Source: Escherichia coli (GTDB lineage Bacteria; Pseudomonadota; Gammaproteobacteria; Enterobacterales; Enterobacteriaceae). Taken from it: a DNA stretch of 64,000 nt. Below are positions 32,470-44,742 of the stretch, piece by piece (the first letter of the stretch is position 1; each line of letters starts with the position of its first letter). Both the position numbers and the translations under genes were made by a program. The notes below the pieces were generated by a model. The model was not told the origin of the DNA, did no database searches, and saw nothing but the letters and a program-made list of their open reading frames with translations. The DNA lies in assembly GCF_003018235.1 (NCBI RefSeq), contig NZ_CP027437.1; one strand, given 5' to 3'.

Positions 32470-33720
32470 TTACATGTTCTTGATGATCGCATCACCAAAC
32501 TCGCTGCATTTCAGCAGTTTAGCGCCTTCCATCAGACGTTCGAAGTCATAGGTTACAGTCTTGGCGTTGATTGCGCCTTCCATACCTTTAACAATCAGGT
32601 CTGCGGCTTCAGTCCAGCCCATATGGCGCAGCATCATCTCAGCGGAGAGAATAATAGAGCCTGGGTTTACTTTGTCCTGACCGGCATATTTCGGCGCAGT
32701 ACCGTGGGTGGCTTCAAACAGGGCGCATTCGTCACCGATGTTTGCGCCTGGGGCGATACCGATACCGCCGACCTGTGCAGCCAGAGCGTCAGAAATGTAG
32801 TCACCGTTCAGGTTCATACAGGCGATAACATCATATTCAGCCGGACGCAGCAGGATCTGTTGCAGGAATGCATCAGCAATCACATCTTTAATGACGATCT
32901 CTTTGCCGGTATTCGGGTTTTTAACTTTCATCCACGGGCCGCCGTCGATCAGTTCACCGCCAAACTCTTCACGCGCCAGCTGGTAGCCCCAGTCTTTAAA
33001 CGCGCCTTCGGTGAACTTCATGATGTTGCCTTTGTGCACCAGGGTCACAGAGTCACGATCGTTAGCAATTGCGTATTCGATCGCTGCACGAACCAGACGT
33101 TTGGTGCCTTCTTCCGAACACGGCTTAATACCGATACCGCAATGTTCCGGGAAGCGAATTTTCTTCACGCCCATCTCTTCACGCAGGAATTTAATCACTT
33201 TCTCGGCGTCGGCAGAGTCAGCTTTCCATTCGATACCCGCATAAATGTCTTCCGAGTTTTCACGGAAGATAACCATATCGGTCAGTTCAGGGTGTTTAAC
33301 CGGGCTTGGAGTGCCCTGATAGTAACGTACCGGACGCAGGCAGATGTAGAGATCCAGTTCCTGACGCAGGGCAACGTTCAGAGAGCGAATACCGCCACCT
33401 ACTGGAGTGGTCAGCGGGCCTTTAATGGCAACGCGATATTCACGAATCAGATCAAGGGTTTCAGCAGGCAGCCAGACATCCTGACCATAAACCTGTGTGG
33501 ATTTTTCACCGGTGTAAATTTCCATCCAGGAGATTTTACGCTCGCCTTTATAGGCTTTCTCGACTGCAGCGTCGACCACTTTCAGCATGGCTGGGGTTAC
33601 ATCTACACCGATTCCATCACCTTCAATGTAAGGGATAATCGGATTTTCAGGAACGTTGAGTTTGCCGTTTTGCAGGGTGATCTTCTTGCCTTGTGCCGGA
33701 ACAACTACTTTACTTTCCAT
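32470..33720 (-). CDS. icd: NADP-dependent isocitrate dehydrogenase
   Basis: 416-aa [41 protein letters not shown]... matching recalled Icd; intact 3' end. Confidence 0.97.
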   Translation of the reverse strand: MESKVVVPAQGKKITLQNGKLNVPENPIIPYIEGDGIGVDVTPAMLKVVDAAVEKAYKGERKISWMEIYTGEKSTQVYGQDVWLPAETLDLIREYRVAIKGPLTTPVGGGIRSLNVALRQELDLYICLRPVRYYQGTPSPVKHPELTDMVIFRENSEDIYAGIEWKADSADAEKVIKFLREEMGVKKIRFPEHCGIGIKPCSEEGTKRLVRAAIEYAIANDRDSVTLVHKGNIMKFTEGAFKDWGYQLAREEFGGELIDGGPWMKVKNPNTGKEIVIKDVIADAFLQQILLRPAEYDVIACMNLNGDYISDALAAQVGGIGIAPGANIGDECALFEATHGTAPKYAGQDKVNPGSIILSAEMMLRHMGWTEAADLIVKGMEGAINAKTVTYDFERLMEGAKLLKCSEFGDAIIKNM

Positions 33721-33891
33721 TCACCTCTCCTTCGAGCGCTACTGGTTTGCTCGTCTGCCACCACGTTGCATATGCGTTTGCGTCCTGCGATACGGATGCT
33801 TTAGAGCAATTTTTTGTTAATGATTTGTAATTGGCTTGTCAATACTACCCTATTGTTTGCCGTCATGAAAGATGCGCGTTATTAGGCTATA

Positions 33892-33942
33892 ATGCGGCAA
33901 TTCATAATCTCTGAAAATACCATGCAAAAAACTTCTTTTAGA
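33892..33942 (+). pseudogene. rluE: Displaced native 5' fragment of rluE (first 17 codons, MRQFIISENTMQKTSFR)
   Basis: Matches recalled RluE N-terminus, then diverges after the 11-bp repeat and stops at 34036..34038; TATAAT just upstream. Confidence 0.6.
33932..33942. repeat. Left copy of the 11-bp direct repeat CTTCTTTTAGA flanking the rluE insertion
   Basis: Identical 11-mer at 35429..35439, in the same reading frame (S-F-R) in both copies. Confidence 0.7.
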
Positions 33943-34180
33943 CCAAAGACAGTATTTTCCCGACATTCAAATAAAGTATTAAATATCAATTATTTACACC
34001 AGATTTTAAGCAATAAAAAAACCACCAGAGATAACTAACAGGGTGCTATTTGGTCAAAATTTGACATTACTCGATTCAGCGACTATCTCACTTTGAGCAC
34101 TATTGGGAAAATTATCAAAAGTCATGGTTGAAGCGACAAGCAACGAGTAAATTATGGCATCCCCCCTTTTTGAGGTTCAC

Positions 34181-34267
34181 ATGAAACGCTTTGCACTGAT
34201 AGCTGTGAAACTCGTTGCCTTTACTGGTTCTGCATCTGCTGCAACCGAAGAAATCAACTTCAAGTAA
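34181..34267 (+). CDS. 28-aa micro-ORF with signal-peptide-like sequence (MKRFALIAVKLVAFTGSASA/ATEEINFK)
   Basis: ATG preceded by gagg; hydrophobic core plus A-x-A cleavage motif; absent from the ORF track (below length cutoff). Confidence 0.35.
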   Translation: MKRFALIAVKLVAFTGSASAATEEINFK

Positions 34268-34300
34268 CAGAAACACTATATAACAATGGAGTGTTGACAA

Positions 34301-34588
34301 ATGGATACTACCGAAGAACGCAATGGAACATATTTCTACAGAGGACACCCGAACCTGTCCAAAATAGAACTACTCAACGTCATATTCCTTGAAGAATTCT
34401 GTAAGGAATTGGGGATTGATTCGGTATCAGGTGCAGCAATCTTATCTGGTCAACCGTGGCTGGGTACAAGAGCGAAGCCGCAAGGGGCAACCCTGGGAAC
34501 AAGTGTTGTCTCAAAGTATGCGCGTATACTGATGAGAGATGCACGCATGCCTTTTGGTATTTGTGGGTGTAAGGATGCAGAAATCTAA
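34301..34588 (+). CDS. Hypothetical protein (95 aa)
   Basis: ORF in the rluE-inserted cassette; no recognisable domain. Confidence 0.4.
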   Translation: MDTTEERNGTYFYRGHPNLSKIELLNVIFLEEFCKELGIDSVSGAAILSGQPWLGTRAKPQGATLGTSVVSKYARILMRDARMPFGICGCKDAEI

Positions 34589-34736
34589 TAAGCTTGCTGC
34601 AATTATCGCTCGTTGGGTCCCGTGGATTGGTTGGGCTTCACTGTCGATGAGTCTTTACAGGGTTTCGACTCGTACCCAGGAAAAATACAATCTGATTGCC
34701 AAACCTCAAGACCGTATTAAGTGGACTTCCTTCTAA
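34575..34736 (+). CDS. Small hydrophobic protein (53 aa, Trp-rich putative membrane segment)
   Basis: ATG at 34575 with aagga RBS; AAIIARWVPWIGWASLSMSL hydrophobic stretch; stop overlaps the start of the next ORF (TAATG). Confidence 0.4.
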   Translation: MQKSNKLAAIIARWVPWIGWASLSMSLYRVSTRTQEKYNLIAKPQDRIKWTSF

Positions 34737-35071
34737 TGGCGACAACAATCACAGACGAAGTTTTAGCACTGTTCCGTGATGAGATTCCAGGTTATCAGGA
34801 TGACCACGGGAAGGAAATTCCGTTAGAACTGGACTCTGATTTGTTCGACTATCCACGAGATGATTTAGAGGACGCTATACGGAAATACAAAGAGAGGTTT
34901 GGGATTAACCTGGATAATCTGGACTGGTCTTTGTACCTTCCATGGGAGTCTGCACCATTGCTTCAACGATGGTTCAAGCTCAAGCGGGAAGAGGTAGAAA
35001 CAACACGTTTACCGTTAACTGTACGGATGTTTGCAGAATCAGCAGAAGCGGGAAAATGGCTGTATCAGTAG
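34736..35071 (+). CDS. Hypothetical acidic cytoplasmic protein (111 aa)
   Basis: ORF 34721..35071 with ATG at 34736 translationally coupled to the upstream small ORF; resembles small enterobacterial proteins of unknown function (family not verified). Confidence 0.55.
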   Translation: MATTITDEVLALFRDEIPGYQDDHGKEIPLELDSDLFDYPRDDLEDAIRKYKERFGINLDNLDWSLYLPWESAPLLQRWFKLKREEVETTRLPLTVRMFAESAEAGKWLYQ

Positions 35072-35403
35072 AATAAAAAAGAAGGCTGCGATGCCCCTCT
35101 TATTACTGCTGATGATAGTAGTGGTAAAGCATCATCCTAAACTTGAACAGTGAAGTGCTGTCACCCATCAGTAATACAGAAACACTATTTTTCATACCAG
35201 TATTTATTCAATTCATCAATGTAAAATGTGTTCATTGGGCCATATTTATCACCATGCAGCCACACAACCGCTGCTCACTAACCCAGGTATTGATGAAACC
35301 GCGCTGAAGAGCCTGAACCCTGAACCTCTAACGAGTACCTTAAAAGTCCAATGCAATCCGACACTGTGCTACCCTCTGCGTATAGCTCTATTTGGAATTT
35401 ACC

Positions 35404-36042
35404 ATGAAATACTTTAGCGATTCTAAATCTTCTTTTAGAAAAAAACAGGTTAGTCGACTAAACTCGCAACACTCCACTAAGCGTAAACCTGAAAATCAGC
35501 CCACGCGCGTGATCCTGTTCAATAAACCCTACGATGTTCTTCCGCAGTTCACCGATGAAGCCGGACGCAAAACATTAAAAGAATTCATCCCGGTTCAGGG
35601 CGTTTATGCAGCAGGTCGTCTTGACCGCGATAGCGAAGGGTTACTGGTGCTGACCAATAACGGCGCGTTGCAGGCGCGTTTAACCCAGCCGGGTAAACGC
35701 ACCGGAAAAATCTATTATGTGCAGGTGGAAGGTATTCCCACACAAGACGCACTTGAAGCCTTGCGCAATGGCGTAACCTTAAATGATGGCCCTACCCTGC
35801 CCGCAGGCGTAGAGCTGGTTGACGAACCCGCGTGGTTATGGCCGCGGAATCCACCAATTCGTGAACGCAAAAGTATTCCCACCAGCTGGCTGAAGATCAC
35901 CTTATATGAAGGACGTAATCGCCAGGTGCGCCGCATGACCGCCCATGTTGGTTTCCCCACGCTGCGACTGATTCGCTATGCGATGGGTGATTACTCTTTG
36001 GATAATCTTGCCAACGGCGAATGGCGAGAAGCGACAGATTAA
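35404..36042 (+). CDS. rluE: 23S rRNA pseudouridine synthase RluE with cassette-supplied replacement N-terminus
   Basis: ORF 35392..36042; ATG at 35404 gives [49 protein letters not shown]...; the body matches recalled RluE. Confidence 0.88.
   Translation: MKYFSDSKSSFRKKQVSRLNSQHSTKRKPENQPTRVILFNKPYDVLPQFTDEAGRKTLKEFIPVQGVYAAGRLDRDSEGLLVLTNNGALQARLTQPGKRTGKIYYVQVEGIPTQDALEALRNGVTLNDGPTLPAGVELVDEPAWLWPRNPPIRERKSIPTSWLKITLYEGRNRQVRRMTAHVGFPTLRLIRYAMGDYSLDNLANGEWREATD
35429..35439. repeat. Right copy of the 11-bp direct repeat CTTCTTTTAGA
   Basis: Identical to 33932..33942. Confidence 0.7.
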
Positions 36043-36051
36043 GGACGCAAA

Positions 36052-37673
<1,622 letters not shown>

Positions 37674-37708
37674 TTATTATCTTTACTTAAAACAAGGAAG
37701 CAGTGAAC

Positions 37709-38350
37709 GTGGCAAAGAATTACTATGACATCACCCTCGCCCTGGCCGGTATTTGTCAGTCGGCACGCCTGGTGCAACAACTCGCTCACCAGGGGCATTG
37801 TGATGCCGATGCGCTACACGTCTCACTCAACAGTATTATTGATATGAACCCCAGCTCGACGCTGGCGGTTTTTGGCGGCAGCGAAGCCAACCTGCGCGTC
37901 GGGCTGGAAACCTTGCTCGGCGTGCTCAATGCCAGCAGTCGCCAGGGCTTAAACGCTGAGTTAACCCGCTACACACTCAGCCTGATGGTGCTTGAGCGCA
38001 AACTCTCCTCAGCGAAAGGTGCGCTCGACACTCTGGGCAACCGGATCAACGGCCTGCAACGCCAGCTCGAACACTTCGATTTACAGTCCGAAACGCTGAT
38101 GAGCGCGATGGCTGCTATCTATGTTGATGTGATTAGCCCGCTTGGCCCGCGCATTCAGGTAACCGGTTCCCCTGCTGTACTGCAAAGCCCACAAGTGCAG
38201 GCGAAAGTTCGCGCAACCCTGCTGGCAGGCATTCGCGCCGCCGTGCTCTGGCACCAGGTTGGCGGCGGACGTCTGCAACTGATGTTTTCTCGTAATCGCC
38301 TGACCACTCAGGCAAAACAAATTCTTGCTCATTTAACCCCGGAGTTGTGA
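37709..38350 (+). CDS. hflD: High-frequency-lysogenisation protein HflD
   Basis: ORF 37703..38350; GTG at 37709 gives [21 protein letters not shown]... Confidence 0.9.
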   Translation: MAKNYYDITLALAGICQSARLVQQLAHQGHCDADALHVSLNSIIDMNPSSTLAVFGGSEANLRVGLETLLGVLNASSRQGLNAELTRYTLSLMVLERKLSSAKGALDTLGNRINGLQRQLEHFDLQSETLMSAMAAIYVDVISPLGPRIQVTGSPAVLQSPQVQAKVRATLLAGIRAAVLWHQVGGGRLQLMFSRNRLTTQAKQILAHLTPEL

Positions 38351-39724
<1,374 letters not shown>

Positions 39725-39738
39725 GCCTCAAAACAGTG

Positions 39739-39765
39739 CCGGATGGCGATGCTGTCCGGCCTGCT
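39739..39765. repeat. REP-like palindromic element / terminator after purB
   Basis: gccggatggcgatgctgtccggcctgc imperfect palindrome. Confidence 0.4.
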
Positions 39766-39815
39766 TATTAAGATTATCCACTTTTTCTTTTTTCACTTTA
39801 CCTCCCCTCCCCGCT

Positions 39816-39832
39816 GGTTTATTTAATGTTTA
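39816..39832 (+). promoter_or_regulatory. PhoP box (direct repeat GGTTTA-N5-TGTTTA) of the phoPQ promoter
   Basis: ggtttatttaatgttta about 60 bp upstream of the phoP start. Confidence 0.7.
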
Positions 39833-39892
39833 CCCCCATAACCACATAATCGCGTTACACTATTTTAATAATTAAGACAGGGAGAAATAAAA

Positions 39893-40564
39893 ATGCGCGT
39901 ACTGGTTGTTGAAGACAATGCGTTGTTACGTCACCACCTTAAAGTTCAGATTCAGGATGCTGGTCATCAGGTCGATGATGCAGAAGATGCCAAAGAAGCC
40001 GATTATTATCTCAATGAACATTTACCGGATATTGCGATTGTCGATCTGGGATTGCCAGACGAGGACGGTCTGTCACTGATTCGCCGCTGGCGTAGCAATG
40101 ATGTTTCACTGCCGATTCTGGTATTAACCGCCCGTGAAAGCTGGCAGGACAAAGTCGAAGTATTAAGTGCCGGTGCTGATGATTACGTGACTAAACCATT
40201 TCATATTGAAGAGGTGATGGCGCGAATGCAGGCATTAATGCGGCGTAATAGCGGTCTGGCTTCACAGGTCATTTCGCTACCCCCGTTTCAGGTTGATCTC
40301 TCCCGCCGTGAATTATCTATTAATGACGAAGTGATCAAACTGACCGCGTTCGAATACACCATCATGGAAACGTTGATACGCAATAATGGCAAAGTGGTCA
40401 GCAAAGATTCGTTAATGCTACAACTCTACCCGGATGCGGAGCTGCGGGAAAGTCATACCATAGATGTACTGATGGGACGTCTGCGCAAAAAAATACAGGC
40501 ACAATATCCGCAAGAAGTGATTACCACCGTTCGCGGCCAGGGCTATCTGTTCGAATTGCGCTGA
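39893..40564 (+). CDS. phoP: Response regulator PhoP
   Basis: 223-aa OmpR-family [31 protein letters not shown]... Confidence 0.95.
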   Translation: MRVLVVEDNALLRHHLKVQIQDAGHQVDDAEDAKEADYYLNEHLPDIAIVDLGLPDEDGLSLIRRWRSNDVSLPILVLTARESWQDKVEVLSAGADDYVTKPFHIEEVMARMQALMRRNSGLASQVISLPPFQVDLSRRELSINDEVIKLTAFEYTIMETLIRNNGKVVSKDSLMLQLYPDAELRESHTIDVLMGRLRKKIQAQYPQEVITTVRGQGYLFELR

Positions 40565-42024
40565 TGAAAAAATTACTGCGTCTTTTTTTCCCGCTCTCGC
40601 TGCGGGTACGTTTTCTGTTAGCAACGGCAGCAGTAGTATTGGTGCTTTCGCTTGCCTACGGAATGGTTGCGCTGATCGGTTATAGCGTCAGTTTCGATAA
40701 AACCACGTTTCGGCTGTTACGTGGCGAGAGCAATCTGTTCTATACCCTTGCGAAGTGGGAAAACAATAAGTTGCATGTCGAGTTACCCGAAAATATCGAC
40801 AAGCAAAGCCCCACTATGACGCTAATTTATGATGAGAACGGGCAGCTTTTATGGGCGCAACGTGACGTGCCCTGGCTGATGAAGATGATCCAGCCTGACT
40901 GGCTGAAATCGAATGGTTTTCATGAAATTGAAGCGGATGTTAACGATACCAGCCTCTTGCTGAGTGGAGATCATTCGATACAGCAACAGTTGCAGGAAGT
41001 GCGGGAAGATGATGACGACGCGGAGATGACCCACTCGGTGGCGGTAAACGTCTACCCGGCAACATCGCGGATGCCAAAGTTGACCATTGTGGTGGTGGAT
41101 ACCATTCCGGTGGAGCTAAAAAGTTCCTATATGGTCTGGAGCTGGTTTATCTATGTGCTCTCAGCCAATCTGCTGTTAGTGATCCCGCTGCTGTGGGTCG
41201 CCGCCTGGTGGAGTTTACGCCCCATCGAAGCCCTGGCAAAAGAAGTCCGCGAACTGGAAGAACATAACCGCGAATTGCTCAATCCAGCCACAACGCGAGA
41301 ACTGACCAGTCTGGTACGAAACCTGAACCGATTGTTAAAAAGTGAACGCGAACGTTACGACAAATACCGTACGACGCTCACCGACCTGACCCATAGTCTG
41401 AAAACGCCACTGGCGGTGCTGCAAAGTACGCTGCGTTCTCTGCGTAGTGAAAAGATGAGCGTCAGTGATGCTGAACCGGTAATGCTGGAGCAAATCAGCC
41501 GCATTTCACAGCAAATTGGCTACTACCTGCATCGTGCCAGTATGCGCGGCGGGACATTGCTCAGCCGCGAGCTGCATCCGGTCGCCCCACTGCTGGACAA
41601 TCTCACCTCGGCGCTGAACAAAGTGTATCAACGCAAAGGGGTCAATATCTCTCTCGATATTTCGCCAGAGATCAGCTTTGTCGGTGAGCAGAACGATTTT
41701 GTCGAGGTGATGGGCAACGTGCTGGATAATGCCTGTAAATATTGCCTCGAGTTTGTCGAAATATCTGCAAGGCAAACCGACGAGCATCTCTATATTGTGG
41801 TCGAGGATGATGGCCCCGGTATTCCATTAAGCAAGCGAGAGGTCATTTTCGACCGTGGTCAACGGGTTGATACTTTACGCCCTGGGCAAGGTGTAGGGCT
41901 GGCGGTAGCCCGCGAAATCACCGAGCAATATGAGGGTAAAATCGTCGCCGGAGAGAGCATGCTGGGCGGTGCGCGGATGGAGGTGATTTTTGGTCGCCAG
42001 CATTCTGCGCCGAAAGATGAATAA
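40564..42024 (+). CDS. phoQ: Sensor histidine kinase PhoQ
   Basis: 486-aa ORF with two TM segments, H-box and ATPase domain; overlaps the phoP stop. Confidence 0.95.
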   Translation: MKKLLRLFFPLSLRVRFLLATAAVVLVLSLAYGMVALIGYSVSFDKTTFRLLRGESNLFYTLAKWENNKLHVELPENIDKQSPTMTLIYDENGQLLWAQRDVPWLMKMIQPDWLKSNGFHEIEADVNDTSLLLSGDHSIQQQLQEVREDDDDAEMTHSVAVNVYPATSRMPKLTIVVVDTIPVELKSSYMVWSWFIYVLSANLLLVIPLLWVAAWWSLRPIEALAKEVRELEEHNRELLNPATTRELTSLVRNLNRLLKSERERYDKYRTTLTDLTHSLKTPLAVLQSTLRSLRSEKMSVSDAEPVMLEQISRISQQIGYYLHRASMRGGTLLSRELHPVAPLLDNLTSALNKVYQRKGVNISLDISPEISFVGEQNDFVEVMGNVLDNACKYCLEFVEISARQTDEHLYIVVEDDGPGIPLSKREVIFDRGQRVDTLRPGQGVGLAVAREITEQYEGKIVAGESMLGGARMEVIFGRQHSAPKDE

Positions 42025-42110
42025 ATATGTCCTTTTATCATTAAACACAACCAACCAATTGATTTAATTAAATAAATCTCACTACAGAAAGTGCCAAAAA
42101 TCGCAAATTG

Positions 42111-42131
42111 ACTACACCATTAACTACACCG
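42111..42131. repeat. 21-bp direct repeat ACTACACCATTAACTACACCG (candidate att core, left copy)
   Basis: Perfect copy at 53485..53505; imperfect similarity continues for ~40 bp to the right of both copies. Confidence 0.7.
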
Positions 42132-42286
42132 TTCGGTGCACTGTATGAAACAACGTGGAACAAATAGACACAAGAAATATATGGGCGGGTAATTTATCTA
42201 TGTGAAAGCGTGCCGACTAATAGGGCGTTAATGTCGATATGGGGATCCCCATATCGGGAACCATACCGGAATTTTTGCCAGGTTAA

Positions 42287-42409
42287 ATGTTAACCGCTGC
42301 CCTGTTAACATTTTTACCAAAAAGGTAGTTAACATTTTTTGCACGCAACCATATGAATCATAAAGACAAAATCAACAACAACGCTTCATCAGGCAGTTAA
42401 CATGTTAAC
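42287..42409. promoter_or_regulatory. Cluster of GTTAACAT / ATGTTAAC half-sites, including the 14-bp palindrome GTTAACATGTTAAC (candidate iterons/operators or packaging site)
   Basis: Motif at 42287..42294, 42304..42311, 42328..42335 and 42396..42409 in a gene-free ~0.8-kb terminal region. Confidence 0.4.
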
Positions 42410-42833
42410 TACTACAAAACGGTAATTTTTTCTCTGCGTGAGAGTGGGCGCGGTGTCCGAATTGTTCGTTGTTCGTGGCTAACCGCTCCCCCCCCTATAC
42501 CGGATTTTTTTCCGGTTAATCTTTAATCAGGCTGGTGGGGGTTACATACCCTTGATCACCGTAATGATGATTCAGGTATGCACCTTTCCCCCCGATGGGG
42601 TAAAAGCATCAACCGTAACGGTAATATCTGCCTTGATGGTCTGCGTGGTCATTATGACCATTCAGCCAATGACCTTAATCAGAATTTTTCGCTAAAAAAT
42701 GATGTTGGCCACGTCGTCCGGAAAGCACAAAATCCCGTCGATTTTTAATTAACGGTTAAACCGCCTTTTTGTCACGGTGTGTCACTGGTTGCCACTCACC
42801 GTCACGATGTCCGCTCGCCTGGCTGTAAATTAA

Positions 42834-42852
42834 ACTACGAAAATTTCGTAGT
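42834..42852. promoter_or_regulatory. 19-bp perfect palindrome ACTACGAAAATTTCGTAGT (followed by GGGACTACAAGTCCC palindrome)
   Basis: Read directly; lies upstream of the left-end hypothetical gene. Confidence 0.4.
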
Positions 42853-42925
42853 TGTGAGGGACTACAAGTCCCGCGCAAATTTCCCCCGGTCCCCTCAAAT
42901 TGAGGTTGCCGGAAATATCAACCAG

Positions 42926-43207
42926 TTACCGCCGTAACCGCTCCAGCTTCTTCCAGTGGTACGTAATTTTCTCTTTCTCCCGGTACATCTCAACGCGGCG
43001 ATTGTAGGCCAGCATTTCCAGAACGCGGATCCGTATGTCGCGCATATCTACATCGTTAAGCTGGATACCATCACGGCGCATCACCTCAGCAACCACACGC
43101 GCATAATTTTCAGCGGTCACGCTGTCCGGCTGCGTTGCCTGTTCGTCAGCCTGCTGGCTGATTCCTGCAACGCGGTGGATTAATCGCAGTATTTCGGCTT
43201 CTGTCAT
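42926..43207 (-). CDS. Hypothetical protein (93 aa)
   Basis: ORF 42926..43219; probable start ATG 43207 (MTEAEILRLIHRVAG...) with G-rich SD. Confidence 0.5.
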   Translation of the reverse strand: MTEAEILRLIHRVAGISQQADEQATQPDSVTAENYARVVAEVMRRDGIQLNDVDMRDIRIRVLEMLAYNRRVEMYREKEKITYHWKKLERLRR

Positions 43208-43241
43208 TGTGCCCCCCATCGTTCTAATCGTCTGGTGTCGT

Positions 43242-43295
43242 CGGGTCCTTCCTGGAATTATGGCCCGTTACGGGGCGGCGACCTCGCGGTTTTTC
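43242..43295. repeat. Inverted repeat, left arm (terminator-like hairpin plus T-run)
   Basis: Reverse complement of 43887..43940; the inner 32 bp are identical. Confidence 0.75.
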
Positions 43296-43521
43296 ACTAT
43301 TTATGAGATTTTTTAGGGGGTGGTTGTTGTTTAATTGTTTGTCATATCTATTTGATAACTAAGTAAAAATAGAGAGCAATACAACAACCTGATAGTGTTT
43401 TTTGATGCTACAAATAAAAAAAATGCTAATTGAATCAAATAGTTTTACAAAAATACGTGGTTGTTGTATTGCGTATTTGATGGCGTAACAGAAAGTGATT
43501 TTGAACTTTGCTGTTCTGTGA

Positions 43522-43731
43522 CTACTGATTGTTCCATGCTGGCGCGGCGAACGCTTCGGCATGACGCCCCCCAGCCAGAAAACCAGCCATTTTATTTCGT
43601 GCTTTGCTCACATCTTCCGGTGAGTAGCCGTAAATCTGTAAACCTTCATTGAATCGATGTTCTGTTTCTTCACTTGAGTACTCGTCGCTCTCCGATGAAA
43701 TCAGCCTGGCAACTTCAGTCTGCGTAGCCAC
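43522..43731 (-). CDS. Hypothetical acidic protein (69 aa)
   Basis: ORF inside the inverted-repeat-bounded cassette, downstream of CATGTCCGG repeats. Confidence 0.4.
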   Translation of the reverse strand: MATQTEVARLISSESDEYSSEETEHRFNEGLQIYGYSPEDVSKARNKMAGFLAGGRHAEAFAAPAWNNQ

Positions 43732-43753
43732 TCCTCACCTCACAATCACGACA

Positions 43754-43860
43754 AAACCGGTCATGTCCGGTTTACATGTCTATTTTTTGCGCATGTCCGG
43801 TTCATGGAAAGCCTATTTTTATATTTTTCATATAGTTAACTTGCAGAGAAACCGGACATG
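43754..43860. promoter_or_regulatory. Three copies of the CATGTCCGGTT(T) motif, including the 20-bp palindrome AAACCGGTCATGTCCGGTTT (candidate operators)
   Basis: 43754..43773, 43792..43806 and 43848..43860 (inverted). Confidence 0.45.
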
Positions 43861-43886
43861 GATCCCGGAAAATTTTCATAAATAGC

Positions 43887-43940
43887 GAAAAACCGCGAGG
43901 TCGCCGCCCCGTAACGGGTCCATATGCCGGAAAGGACCCG
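43887..43940. repeat. Inverted repeat, right arm; acts as minus-strand intrinsic terminator of the capsid operon
   Basis: Hairpins followed (on the minus strand) by a T-run, 30 bp after the stop of the 137-aa gene. Confidence 0.75.
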
Positions 43941-43969
43941 TAAAAAAGCCGGATTTCTCCGGCCTTGTC

Positions 43970-44383
43970 TCAGATGGTTTTCAGTATGCGATCGATGTCG
44001 CCGTCATCGCCCGGGTTTCTGCCATCGTATGCCATGCCAGCTGATACGGCTTGCGGGCTGTGCATGTCCATAAAGTTTTCAAAGGCTGCGGTAAGCTCTG
44101 GTGCAACCTTCAGGCGTTCCTGCTCTATGGTCATGCTAAGGATGCTTTTAGCCGTACCAACATCGATACAAGGCACGTTTGCCATTGCACGTAACAGCGG
44201 CTGATAGTCGCCAGATTCATCAAGCGCCATAATCGCATCAGAGCGCGGCTTGTCCTTCTCTTCCAGGCTGTTAAGTTGATATACGGCCTCGTAGGTTGAT
44301 AAACCTCTGTCAGCCATTGCCCGCGCTTCGGCCTTAAATTTACTCGCCAGCGGTAGCGTCATGATGCTTTCATTCGTTGCCAT
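43970..44383 (-). CDS. Hypothetical protein (137 aa), capsid-module associated
   Basis: ORF directly downstream of the decoration-like gene. Confidence 0.5.
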   Translation of the reverse strand: MATNESIMTLPLASKFKAEARAMADRGLSTYEAVYQLNSLEEKDKPRSDAIMALDESGDYQPLLRAMANVPCIDVGTAKSILSMTIEQERLKVAPELTAAFENFMDMHSPQAVSAGMAYDGRNPGDDGDIDRILKTI

Positions 44384-44395
44384 CGTTACCCCTGC

Positions 44396-44731
44396 TTATC
44401 GCGCCAGCGGCTGAACGGATACGCCAGAACCCGCAAAGGCGGCGCATTTTTTCGCGTCGGTGTCGACGCTCTCAGGCCAGTTTACAGCGGCGATATTGAA
44501 TATCCCCGCCTTGTAGCACTGTGCTGATTTCTGCTTTGACGTGTCCACGGGGTACGACGTCAGGTAAACAGCCTTGCCCGATTCCTGACCATCCCACGGT
44601 TTAAACTCGCCATTGTCCGCCAGCATCAGCGGGGTAAATTCCTGAATAACGCCAGCATCAGCGGCAAAATGTACCAGCGTCGTGGCGACCTGCTGACTGC
44701 CTGCAAATAACTCAATGTATGGAGTGTCCAT
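44396..44731 (-). CDS. Lambda gpD-like head decoration protein
   Basis: 111 aa; aligns to recalled lambda gpD (TPLMLxxxxxxxxxWDG..., xYKxGxF, WPE, KKxxAFAGxxxS). Confidence 0.7.
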   Translation of the reverse strand: MDTPYIELFAGSQQVATTLVHFAADAGVIQEFTPLMLADNGEFKPWDGQESGKAVYLTSYPVDTSKQKSAQCYKAGIFNIAAVNWPESVDTDAKKCAAFAGSGVSVQPLAR

Positions 44732-44742
44732 AGAATTCCCCG

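Noticed and set aside
42111-42131. tRNA or tmRNA gene as integration target
   Set aside because: No cloverleaf-compatible sequence or CCA-type 3' end was recognised at either island boundary; integration appears intergenic
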